From the NCBI GenBank assembly GCA_965261975.1, contig CBDHEC010000008.1, positions 3,095 through 67,094 on the forward strand: a stretch of DNA of 64,000 nt, given 5' to 3'. Origin of the DNA: Alphaproteobacteria bacterium. GTDB lineage: Bacteria > Pseudomonadota > Alphaproteobacteria > UBA6615. Position numbers and translations under genes: made by a program. The notes beneath the pieces are model-generated. The model saw nothing but the letters and a program-made list of their open reading frames with translations, did no database searches and was not told the origin of the DNA. This document shows positions 56,017-64,000 of the stretch, in pieces; positions within the stretch are counted from its first letter, which is position 1; every line of letters starts with the position of its first letter.

Positions 56017-57207
56017 ATGCCGGGCGTGCCGAACCGCACCATCGAAATTCTGGCCCACCTCGTCGGGTTCGACACGACATCCCACAAATCGAATCTCGAA
56101 CTGATCGATTTCATCGAGGAGTATCTGGCGCGCCACGGCGTGAAGTCTCAACGTATCGAAAGCGATGACGGCAACAAGTCCAACCTGTTGGCCACGATCG
56201 GACCCGACCGCGAAGGCGGCGTCGTGCTGTCGGGCCACACCGACGTGGTGCCGGTGACCGGCCAGGACTGGACCAGTGATCCCTTCGAGTTGACGGCCCG
56301 CAACGTCGACGGCGAAGCCCGCCAGTATGGGCGCGGTTCCGCGGACATGAAGGGTTTCATCGCCGCCGTGCTCGACAAGGTACCGGCACTGGCAGCGGCC
56401 GAGTTGCAAACACCGGTTCACATCGCGCTGTCTTACGACGAAGAGGTCGGCTGCCGGGGGGTCGGGCGGATGATCGCACGGCTTGGCGATGCCGTGCCGA
56501 TGCCCGCGCTGGCGATTGTCGGCGAACCCACGTTGATGCAGATCGTTACGGCCCACAAGGGTATCCGCGGTTTCGAGACCGTATTCACGGGCGTCGCGGC
56601 CCACTCCAGCGCACCGCAGCTCGGCGCGAACGCCATCGGTTTCGCCGCTGAGTTCATCGCCTTCCTGTCCGACATGACCGCCGAAGCCGAGGCGGCCGCG
56701 ATGCCGGAAAGCGGCTTCACCCCACCCTGGACCACCTTCAACATCGGCCAAATAGAAGGCGGCGAGGCGCTCAACATCATCGCCGAGCGCTGCAGCGTGT
56801 CCTGGGAATTCCGCCCCCTGCCCGAAGCCGATCCGGACGCGATCGAAGCGCGGGTGCGCCGCTATCTCGACGAGGAACTGCGCCCGCGAATCAAATCCGT
56901 CCACGCCGATGCCGATGTAGAGCTGTCGCCCCTCGCGGCCGTGCCGCCTCTGCGCGCCGATCCCGGTTCCGCGGCCGAACGGCTCGTACGCCACCTGACC
57001 GGTGCGAACGCGACCCACACGGCGGCCTATGTGGCCGATGCCAGCCAGTTCCAGCAGCATGGGATTCCCACGGTCCTGTGCGGCCCCGGAGACATCGCCC
57101 AGGCGCATCAAGCCGATGAATGGATTGCCGAGAAGGAACTGGACGCTTGCGCGACGTTCCTGGAACGCTTGCAGGATTGGTGCGTATCCGGTGCGCCGGT
57201 CCCCTGA
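56017..57207 (+). CDS. argE: M20-family deacylase, acetylornithine deacetylase (ArgE)-like
   Basis: SGHTDVVP metal-binding motif and the ArgE/DapE dimerisation-domain pattern. Lies in the neighbourhood of argD and argF. Confidence 0.7.
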   Translation: MPGVPNRTIEILAHLVGFDTTSHKSNLELIDFIEEYLARHGVKSQRIESDDGNKSNLLATIGPDREGGVVLSGHTDVVPVTGQDWTSDPFELTARNVDGEARQYGRGSADMKGFIAAVLDKVPALAAAELQTPVHIALSYDEEVGCRGVGRMIARLGDAVPMPALAIVGEPTLMQIVTAHKGIRGFETVFTGVAAHSSAPQLGANAIGFAAEFIAFLSDMTAEAEAAAMPESGFTPPWTTFNIGQIEGGEALNIIAERCSVSWEFRPLPEADPDAIEARVRRYLDEELRPRIKSVHADADVELSPLAAVPPLRADPGSAAERLVRHLTGANATHTAAYVADASQFQQHGIPTVLCGPGDIAQAHQADEWIAEKELDACATFLERLQDWCVSGAPVP

Positions 57208-57216
57208 GCGCCGACC

Positions 57217-57816
57217 CTAAGACGCCGGGAACAGAAACGGCTGCAGGAAGGAGCGAATGGCGGTTTCAAGTTCGCCGTTCATATCCATGACCAGGTTCTC
57301 GCTCATCTGGAACCAGATTTTCTCGCGCTCGTTGAGCGACAAGCCCTCGATCACGGTACGGCTGCGCATTGCTTCCGCGCTCACATCGCCGCGGCGTCGG
57401 TTGTCACCGCCATCCACGGAGATACGCACCAGCAGCTTGGCGTCATAACGCTCGGACTGATCCTTGGTAACGACACCGCGCACGCCGGGCGTCGGTGCCA
57501 GGTCTGTTTCGATGACGGCTGCATCGGCGATCGTGAAAACGATCCGTCCGCCACGGCCAACCGGCTTGAGCCGATCCATCGCCCAGCGACGCATGGCCGC
57601 CGCCGGCGACACCGGCATCAGATGTTCGACATTGGGGGCGGCGAAGGACGGTTTGAACTCATCCACGATCTCCAACGATGCGGCATCGAGCCGAATGGGC
57701 GGCAGATGGTTGAAGGTCAGTTCCGGATACCGCGGGGCGGGTGACGGCGTCGTACAACCGGCAAGAATGAGGCCCGACAGCCCGACCAGCGCGGTACGCC
57801 TGTTTAATCGATACAT
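57217..57816 (-). CDS. Hypothetical lipoprotein
   Basis: Signal peptide with lipobox LILAGC. 199 aa. No family recognised. Confidence 0.55.
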   Translation of the reverse strand: MYRLNRRTALVGLSGLILAGCTTPSPAPRYPELTFNHLPPIRLDAASLEIVDEFKPSFAAPNVEHLMPVSPAAAMRRWAMDRLKPVGRGGRIVFTIADAAVIETDLAPTPGVRGVVTKDQSERYDAKLLVRISVDGGDNRRRGDVSAEAMRSRTVIEGLSLNEREKIWFQMSENLVMDMNGELETAIRSFLQPFLFPAS

Positions 57817-57858
57817 GAACCACCCTCCGCTGATGCCCGTAAATTGATCTCTAATAGA

Positions 57859-58875
57859 TCACCTAGCGGGAGATTCGGGCGATTCGATGACCGGGTTACC
57901 GGTTTCTCCGGAGGCTGCTTCCGCAGCCCGCGTTTCTACGGCCTCGGGGGTGAAGCTGTAGACCTCGCTGCAGAACTCGCAGGTCACCTCGAGATTGCCA
58001 TCGACCGCCAGCTCGTAGAGATCTTCACGTGGCAACTGGACCAGAACATTGAACACCCGTTCCGACGAGCAACGACATCCCCGGGCAACCGATCGGGGGT
58101 CGGTTACGCGCACGCCCTCCTCGTGGAAAAGACGAAACAGATAGCGCTCGGCGCTCAACGCGGGGTCCAGCATTTCGGTTTCGGTCCCCGTCGCCATCAG
58201 CATCATCACCCGGCGCCAGGTGTCATCGCCATCATCGGACGGGAGCTGGATATTGGGATCGTCGGCGATCCGCTGCACCATAATGGCGCCGGCGCGCCAC
58301 GTACCATCCGGCCCCGTTCGGCCAGCCGACACGGTGATGGCGGCATCCATCTGCTGGGACTGGCGGAAATAATGCTGGGCGCATTCCGCCAGGGTCGCGC
58401 CGGTGATCTCGACCATCCCCTGATAGCGATCGGTGTGCGTGCCCTGATCGACGGTGAGTGCGAAATACCCCTTGCCCAGAAGGCTGTCGCCAGCCGTGTG
58501 TGCCTCCAGCGCCTCTTCGTCATATTTCGCGTAACCACGCACCAGGTAACGTTCGGCCCCGTCGGTGGTCTGCACATCCGCCAAAAGCAGGGAAACCGGG
58601 CCGTCGCCCTGGATTTGCAGGGTGAATATCCCGTCGAACTTGAGTGCGCCCGCGAGTGTGGCACTCAGCGCCAACGCCTCCCCGAGGAGCGTCGCGACGG
58701 GTTCGGGATAATCGTGCCGGTTCAAGGCATCATCGACAGCATCGCCGAGCCGCGCCAGGCGGCCGCTCAGTTTCGCTTCGCCGTCTTCGCCGGAGTCCAG
58801 CTGGAACGGCTGAATCAGATCATCAACCGGCCGGTTCGGGCCACGCCGATCGGGCTCACCCCCCGCATCAGGCAA
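57859..58875 (-). CDS. hslO: Hsp33-family redox-regulated chaperone
   Basis: DDLIQPFQLD N-terminal region and C-terminal zinc centre CRCSSER...CEFCSEVY. Start set at TTG (about 58873-58875) preceded by GGGAG, which avoids overlap with the argF stop. Confidence 0.8.
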   Translation of the reverse strand: MPDAGGEPDRRGPNRPVDDLIQPFQLDSGEDGEAKLSGRLARLGDAVDDALNRHDYPEPVATLLGEALALSATLAGALKFDGIFTLQIQGDGPVSLLLADVQTTDGAERYLVRGYAKYDEEALEAHTAGDSLLGKGYFALTVDQGTHTDRYQGMVEITGATLAECAQHYFRQSQQMDAAITVSAGRTGPDGTWRAGAIMVQRIADDPNIQLPSDDGDDTWRRVMMLMATGTETEMLDPALSAERYLFRLFHEEGVRVTDPRSVARGCRCSSERVFNVLVQLPREDLYELAVDGNLEVTCEFCSEVYSFTPEAVETRAAEAASGETGNPVIESPESPAR

Positions 58876-59789
58876 AGGCTGCACTCCCGAGCAAGCACCA
58901 CAGAAGAATACCCTTCTGCGCATGGAGCCGGTTCCCGGCTTCCGTCCAGACAACGGATTGCGGGCCATCCACCACCTCGGCCGTTACCTCGTCGCCGCGA
59001 TAGACCGGCAGACAATGCATGAACACCGCCCCGGGTCCGGCTTTCGCCATCAACGCCGCGTCGACCCGATACGGCGCGAGCAAGGCCCGGCGCTTGTCGG
59101 CCTCCTTGTCACCCATGGACACCCAGGTATCGGTGACCACACAATCCGCACCCGACACGGCGGCCACCGGATCGTCTCCGACGGAAATATTGCCGCCATT
59201 CGCCGCGGCCCAGTCGAGAATTTCCTGCGGCGGACGCAAATCTGCCGGTGACGCGACACGAAACTCGAAGCCGAAATGGACGGCGGCTTGAATCCAGGAA
59301 TTCGCGACATTGTTGCTGTCGCCGCTCCACGCGATCACCTTTCCGGCGATCGGGCCAACCTCTTCTTCGAAGGTCATGATGTCAGCCATGATCTGGCAGG
59401 GGTGCGACCGGTCCGTCAGCCCGTTGATCAAGGGCACGGTTGCTGCGCCCGCCATCTCCTCGAGGTTCGCCACCGACGACGTCCGATACATGATGACATC
59501 GACATACTGGGACAGAATGCGGGCTGTATCTGCCACGGTCTCGCCACGTCCGAGTTGGGAGCCGTTCGGCTCGAGCAGAATGACATTGCCTCCGAGGGTC
59601 TGCATCGCCACCTCGAAAGATACCCGGGTGCGTGTGCTGGGCTTTTCGAACACCATCGCAAGGGTCCGGTCGGCGAGCAGCGGCGTACGTTCGCCGGATG
59701 CCTTTATCCGGGCGCTGACATCGATGATGTCCCGCAATATGGCGGCGTCGATCTGATCCAGATCGAGAAAATTCCGGAGCTCAGGCATC
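58868..59789 (-). CDS. argF: Ornithine carbamoyltransferase
   Basis: STRTRVSFE, HPCQIMAD and HCLP motifs. Start MPELRNFLDLDQ. Confidence 0.9.
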
Positions 59790-60968
59790 GCCGGCACTTG
59801 CGAGTGCAGCGCAAGCCTTTTCGATGGCATCGATCGCTTCGGCGATCTCGTTCTCGCCGATGATCAGCGGCGGCAGCATGCGCAAGACGTTCTCCCCAGC
59901 CACGACCGTGAGCAAACCTTCATCACGCGCCGCATCGCCCAGCTGCCCGTTGGTGAAGGACGGGTCGACGACCATCCCGATCATCAGTCCCTGGCCGCGC
60001 ACATCGGTTATGATTCCCGGATACCGGCCTGAGATATCGCGCAACCCTGCCCGCAGGGCATCACCCGAGCGAACGACATTGTCGAGGAAACCCTCGCCGG
60101 TCAGCACATCAAGGTTCGCATTCGCCACGGCCATCGCCAGCGGATTGCCACCGAAGGTGCTGCCATGGGATCCCGCCGTCATGGCGGACGCAACCGCATC
60201 GGTCGCCAGCACCGCACCGCACGGGAAACCACCCGCGATGCCCTTTGCACACGCCATTACATCGGGGGTCACACCGGACCATTCATGGGCGAAAAGCTTG
60301 CCGGTCCGGCCAAACCCGGTCTGGACCTCGTCGAAGACCAGGAGCAGCCCGAACTCATCTGCAGCGGCACGCAGGTCACGCAGATAGGATTCCTCGAGGG
60401 GCCGCAGTCCACCTTCACCCTGGATCGGCTCGGCGACGATCGCGCCCGTCTCCGGCGTGATCGCGTCGCGCAGCGCATTCATGTTGTGGACCGGCACAAT
60501 ATCGAACCCATCTGCCGGGTCACCGAAACCGTCCAGATGCTTGGGATTCTTGGATGCCGAAAGCATGGCGATCGTCCGCCCGTGGAACGAACCCTCGAGG
60601 GTAATCGAGCGCCATTTCTCCGGCTGACCGTTCTGGGCATGGAACCGCCGGGCCGCCTTGATCGAACCCTCCATCGCTTCCGTGCCGGAATTACAGAAAA
60701 ACACGCCGTCGGCAAAGGACAGCGCACACAGACGTTCGGCCATCCGGACCTGATCGGGAATGGCGTAGAGGTTGGACACATGCCAAAGCCGTTCGGCCTG
60801 GTCCTTCAACGCGTTCACCAGCGCCGGGTGACTGTGACCCAGTGAATTCACGGCAATGCCGGCCGCGAAATCGAGATAGCGTCGGCCATCCGTGTCGAAC
60901 AAATAGGCGCCTTCGCCCCGCTCGAACGAGACGGTCGGATAACCGTAATTCGGCATCACCGCATTCAT
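59781..60968 (-). CDS. argD: Acetylornithine aminotransferase
   Basis: Class III aminotransferase (FCNSGTEAMEGSIKAARR, LLVFDEVQTGFGRTG). Start MNAVMPNYG. Confidence 0.9.
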   Translation of the reverse strand: MNAVMPNYGYPTVSFERGEGAYLFDTDGRRYLDFAAGIAVNSLGHSHPALVNALKDQAERLWHVSNLYAIPDQVRMAERLCALSFADGVFFCNSGTEAMEGSIKAARRFHAQNGQPEKWRSITLEGSFHGRTIAMLSASKNPKHLDGFGDPADGFDIVPVHNMNALRDAITPETGAIVAEPIQGEGGLRPLEESYLRDLRAAADEFGLLLVFDEVQTGFGRTGKLFAHEWSGVTPDVMACAKGIAGGFPCGAVLATDAVASAMTAGSHGSTFGGNPLAMAVANANLDVLTGEGFLDNVVRSGDALRAGLRDISGRYPGIITDVRGQGLMIGMVVDPSFTNGQLGDAARDEGLLTVVAGENVLRMLPPLIIGENEIAEAIDAIEKACAALASAGDA

Positions 60969-61073
60969 GATCTCAATCTCCAAACTCGCCGATACGCGCG
61001 GCGCCCAAATGCGCCCGCGAAAAAGGCGGTGACTATCGAAAAAGGCGCTGCGGAAGTCAACGGCGCAGGAGCC

Positions 61074-61895
61074 CTAGGTCTTCATCCTGTAACCCGCTGC
61101 AAACAGCCGATACACGATGATCCAGAGAACCAAGATCACGGCAATGCACACGCCCGCACCGACCCAGGGATTCGCATCCGCGCGGCCGGTGATCGCGAAT
61201 CGGATCCCGTCGACGATGTAGAAGACCGGGTTGGCCCGGGCAAATGGCTGTGCCGCGGCCGACAGCTCATCGATCGAAAAGAACACGCCCGACAGGAAAA
61301 CAAAGGGCATGAAAATGAAGGTCTGCACGGATTCCAGATAGTCCCATTTACGTGCCCAAAGGCCGGTGATCTGGCTGAACAGCCCGATCATCAGGGCACC
61401 AATCGCGATAAAGAACACCAGGGTCAGGAGCGACACAGGTACCGCACCGCCCACCAGCAGCAACGCGGCCCAGACGACAGCGCCCACGATGAGGCTCGCC
61501 GAGACCGACGCCGCCGCGTAGCCAAACACGATCTCGCCCGGCGTGAGCGGCAGCATGGCCAGATCCACGAATATCCCTTCATTCTTGTCGTAGACGATGG
61601 AGAAGGCGCTGGACTGGAATGACCGTTCCAGCGCAGCCACCGCAACGAGACCCGGCAGGAGGAAATCGATGAAGGGCATGCCGCCCATCATGGCGCCCGG
61701 CCGGTCGATCGCCAGCCCGAACACGCCGGCGAAAAGCAGTGCACGGACCGTCGGTGCCGCCAGGGTGATGCCCCAGATTTTGAACCCGCGCAGCATCTCG
61801 CGCATATACATCGTCGCCAGGCCACGATAATTGACGACGCCAAAACGGCGCGCGACCGGCCGGCCACCAAGGATTATGCCTTCGCGCGAGGACAT
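61074..61895 (-). CDS. ABC-2 type transporter permease (NodJ-like)
   Basis: Six TM helices and the ABC-2 family pattern. Start MSSREG is internal to the listed ORF. Confidence 0.75.
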   Translation of the reverse strand: MSSREGIILGGRPVARRFGVVNYRGLATMYMREMLRGFKIWGITLAAPTVRALLFAGVFGLAIDRPGAMMGGMPFIDFLLPGLVAVAALERSFQSSAFSIVYDKNEGIFVDLAMLPLTPGEIVFGYAAASVSASLIVGAVVWAALLLVGGAVPVSLLTLVFFIAIGALMIGLFSQITGLWARKWDYLESVQTFIFMPFVFLSGVFFSIDELSAAAQPFARANPVFYIVDGIRFAITGRADANPWVGAGVCIAVILVLWIIVYRLFAAGYRMKT

Positions 61896-61902
61896 CGCGC
61901 GC

Positions 61903-62742
61903 TCAGGATTTGAGTTTGTAGCCGGTGACGAGCATGCGGTAGACAATCAGGAACAACACCAGGTCGGTGCCAAGCATCACGGCGGCGCCGAGCCAGAAGC
62001 CGGCGTCCCCCTGCCCGATGAATCCGTAACGGAAGCCGTCGATGGCATAAAAGAACGGGTTGAACTGAGCGAAGTATTGCCACGCTTCGGGCAGCCGCTC
62101 GATCGAGTAAAACGTGCCCGACAGGAACGAGAGCGGCACGATGACGAAGTTCGTGATCGCAGCCATATGGTCGAACTTGTCGGCCCAGATCCCGCCGATC
62201 ATCCCGAGCAACGCCAGCATGACCGAGGCCGACAGCGCGAAAAAGGCGATCGCCGCAGGATACGCGAACGGCAGGTCGACCAGAAAAAACATCGCCGTGG
62301 TCGATGCAGCCGCAACGATCATGCCTCGGGTCACACCGCCGGCGATATACGAACACATCATCTCAAGCGGGCTGATCGGCGGCATCAGCACATCCACGAT
62401 ATTGCCCTGCACCTTCGAGACCATGATCGAGGATGACGTGTTGGCGAAGGAGTTCTGCAGAATCGTCATCATGATCAGGCCCGGAGCCAGAAACACGACA
62501 AATGGCACCGACCCGACCGTACCGACGCGATTTTCGAGCGCCACGCTGAAGATGGTGTAGAACAATAACGTGGTGACAACGGGGGCTGCTATGGTTTGGG
62601 TGAACACCTTCAGAAAGCGTTTGACCTCGCGGTGATACAGCGTCCACACACCCCGCCGGTTCACGTAGCCGAAACTGCGCACGCGCGGCGCCGTGCTCGT
62701 ACCTGCCCGGCCCCTCGTCATTTCCGTCATACCCGTTTCCAT
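61903..62742 (-). CDS. ABC-2 type transporter permease (NodJ-like), tandem paralogue
   Basis: Same architecture, paralogous to the downstream gene (for example FYAIDGFRYGF versus FYIVDGIRFAI). Start uncertain between three ATG codons. Confidence 0.7.
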   Translation of the reverse strand: METGMTEMTRGRAGTSTAPRVRSFGYVNRRGVWTLYHREVKRFLKVFTQTIAAPVVTTLLFYTIFSVALENRVGTVGSVPFVVFLAPGLIMMTILQNSFANTSSSIMVSKVQGNIVDVLMPPISPLEMMCSYIAGGVTRGMIVAAASTTAMFFLVDLPFAYPAAIAFFALSASVMLALLGMIGGIWADKFDHMAAITNFVIVPLSFLSGTFYSIERLPEAWQYFAQFNPFFYAIDGFRYGFIGQGDAGFWLGAAVMLGTDLVLFLIVYRMLVTGYKLKS

Positions 62743-62789
62743 GGGGCGGAACTTATGCGCGTGACCGGCACACGGCAAGCGGCGGGCCG

Positions 62790-63428
62790 ATGAGCGACGA
62801 ACAGACGAATGACGAGTTTCCGACGGAAGAGCGCGCCGTCAGCGGACGCGACGGCAAACCGCGCCGCAAGCCCAAGCCCGCGACCCAGGAACGCCTGCGC
62901 AAGGCCGCCCTGTCCTATATCGATCGCTACGCCACCTCGGCGGCCAACCTGCACGAAGTTCTGATGCGCCGGGTCCGCAGGTCGACGCGCCTGCACGGCA
63001 CAGACATGGAAGAAGCCACACGGTGGGCAGACGACATCGTCGCGGACTTCGTCCAACGAAAGCTGGTGAACGACAGATTATACGCCGAGAACCGGGCAGC
63101 GAGCCTGCATCGGTCCGGTGCCTCGAGGCGCAAGATCGAGATGTCCCTGAAGATGAAGGGCGTCGGCCAAAGCGATATCGCGGCCGCCATGCTGGCGTTG
63201 GAAGAATCCGACCCGGACGCCGAGTTCACGGCCGCGTGCCGTCATGCCCAGCGCCGCCGCCTCGGCCCGTGGCGGCGCGACGACCGGGACGCACGGCGCG
63301 ACCGCGATCTCGCGGCGATGGCTCGCGCGGGTTTCGGATACCGATTGGCAAGCCACGTAATCGATGCGACTGACACCGAGGCCCTGGAAGACGAGGCGGT
63401 GCGACGCGCGGAAGAACGCCGGGGCTAG
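62790..63428 (+). CDS. recX: Regulatory protein RecX
   Basis: Three-repeat helical RecX pattern (LRKAALSYIDRYATSAANLHEVL...). 212 aa with a basic N-terminal extension. Confidence 0.8.
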   Translation: MSDEQTNDEFPTEERAVSGRDGKPRRKPKPATQERLRKAALSYIDRYATSAANLHEVLMRRVRRSTRLHGTDMEEATRWADDIVADFVQRKLVNDRLYAENRAASLHRSGASRRKIEMSLKMKGVGQSDIAAAMLALEESDPDAEFTAACRHAQRRRLGPWRRDDRDARRDRDLAAMARAGFGYRLASHVIDATDTEALEDEAVRRAEERRG

Positions 63429-64000
63429 CCCTCGCCGTCTCCCGACACGTTACCGACAGCGGCGGCGGCCTGAACGGCGGCGGATGCCGACGGCGTGTCG
63501 ACGGGTTCATCGGGCGGGGTGTAGGTCTCCGGACCGCTGCCGGGCAACGCCTCGACATAGAGTGAGCGGCTCGGGAAAGCGAAACCGGAGCCCGCGCCCT
63601 CGACGATGGCCTTGATCCGGTAGGCGAGCGCTTCCTTGATCACCAGCCATTCGCCCCAGTTTGTGGTCTTGGTGAAGCAGTAGACCATGATGTCGATGCT
63701 GCTGTCGTTGAAGCTGTCGATACGCACGAAGGTGGCGACATCCTTGGGGTCTGCGAAGGCCTCGTCGCCAATGATATAGGCCTCGATCCCCTCGCGAATT
63801 TCGCGCAGCTGGGCCGCCGAGGTGTCGTAGAGCACGCCGATCTTCCAGTAGATGCGCCGATGGGTCATCTCCGAGAAATTGATTACCGCGGTGTCGGCGA
63901 GCTTTGCATTGGGCACCTGGACGGCCGCCTTGTCGAACTGGCGTACCATCGTCGAGCGGAAGCCGATTGTCTCAACCGTGCCTTCGACGACACCGTCCAC
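63425..64000 (-). CDS. MscS-family mechanosensitive channel (3' portion; gene continues beyond window end)
   Basis: GTVETIGFRSTMVRQFDKAAVQVPNAKLADTAVINFS matches the MscS beta-domain. Frame runs open to position 64000. Confidence 0.8.
   Translation of the reverse strand: MDGVVEGTVETIGFRSTMVRQFDKAAVQVPNAKLADTAVINFSEMTHRRIYWKIGVLYDTSAAQLREIREGIEAYIIGDEAFADPKDVATFVRIDSFNDSSIDIMVYCFTKTTNWGEWLVIKEALAYRIKAIVEGAGSGFAFPSRSLYVEALPGSGPETYTPPDEPVDTPSASAAVQAAAAVGNVSGDGEG

Noticed and set aside
57859-58968. Longer HslO ORF starting at 58968 that overlaps argF by ~100 nt
   Set aside because: The overlap with the argF 3' end is implausible. An in-frame TTG at about 58875 with a GGGAG Shine-Dalgarno gives an N-terminus that matches Hsp33 homologues.

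Overview
This is a chromosomal, high-GC (~65%) segment that looks alphaproteobacterial (Rhodospirillales/Rhizobiales-like), judging by the ribF-ileS-lspA-DUF3035 and argD-argF-hslO arrangements. It is mostly housekeeping and metabolic genes, with no CRISPR array, IS element, integrase or phage genes.

Genes from start to end:
- ftsK (5' part)
- class I/II aminotransferase
- GT39-like membrane glycosyltransferase
- REC-domain response regulator
- secreted metallophosphoesterase
- Tap-like S33 alpha/beta hydrolase, abutting a truncated M16 peptidase remnant
- DUF3035 lipoprotein
- lspA
- ileS
- ribF (apparent frameshift)
- MaoC-like dehydratase
- amidase
- 72-aa hypothetical
- KANL3-like alpha/beta hydrolase
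- secreted Sel1-repeat protein
- pyrD
- membrane-anchored hypothetical
- HMGL-like metallolyase with a strong terminator
- three-gene minus-strand operon: periplasmic (FecR-like?) protein, CHASE2/class III cyclase (one in-frame TAG), TPR-CHAT protein (see below)
- qor
- egtD and egtB (ergothioneine)
- DOPA-dioxygenase-family protein
- FAH-family hydrolase
- LLM-class flavin oxidoreductase
- Gfo/Idh/MocA oxidoreductase
- DMT transporter
- PaaI thioesterase
- 2-hydroxyacid dehydrogenase
- SDR oxidoreductase
- PEP-utilizing-enzyme-like protein with an internal (His-Asp)n tract from a GATCAY microsatellite
- M24 peptidase (creatinase/prolidase-like), with an AT-rich upstream region holding three palindromic sites
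- FAD flavoprotein
- UPF0261/Tm-1-like protein
- CitE/HpcH-like lyase
- second amidase
- Ldh2-family dehydrogenase
- second DMT transporter
- hypothetical
- in-frame chimera of an APC amino-acid permease N-terminus and the C-terminal HTH of a Crp/Fnr regulator
- tandem-Usp protein
- cupin
- FAD monooxygenase
- tRNA-Gly(CCC)
- apaG
- folE
- trkH
- argE-like M20 deacetylase
- lipoprotein
- hslO
- argF
- argD
- two tandem ABC-2 permeases with no ATPase nearby
- recX
- MscS-family channel (3' part)

The best candidate for an undescribed system is the conserved-looking, uncharacterised periplasmic module at about 21.07-27.12 kb (FecR-like protein, CHASE2 cyclase, secreted TPR-CHAT caspase-like protease); the cyclase appears inactivated by a nonsense codon in this sequence.

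Four independent gene lesions occur in 64 kb: the M16 remnant, the ribF frameshift, the cyclase TAG and the permease::Crp chimera. Minus-strand coordinates follow the supplied ORF track and may be off by 1-2 nt.
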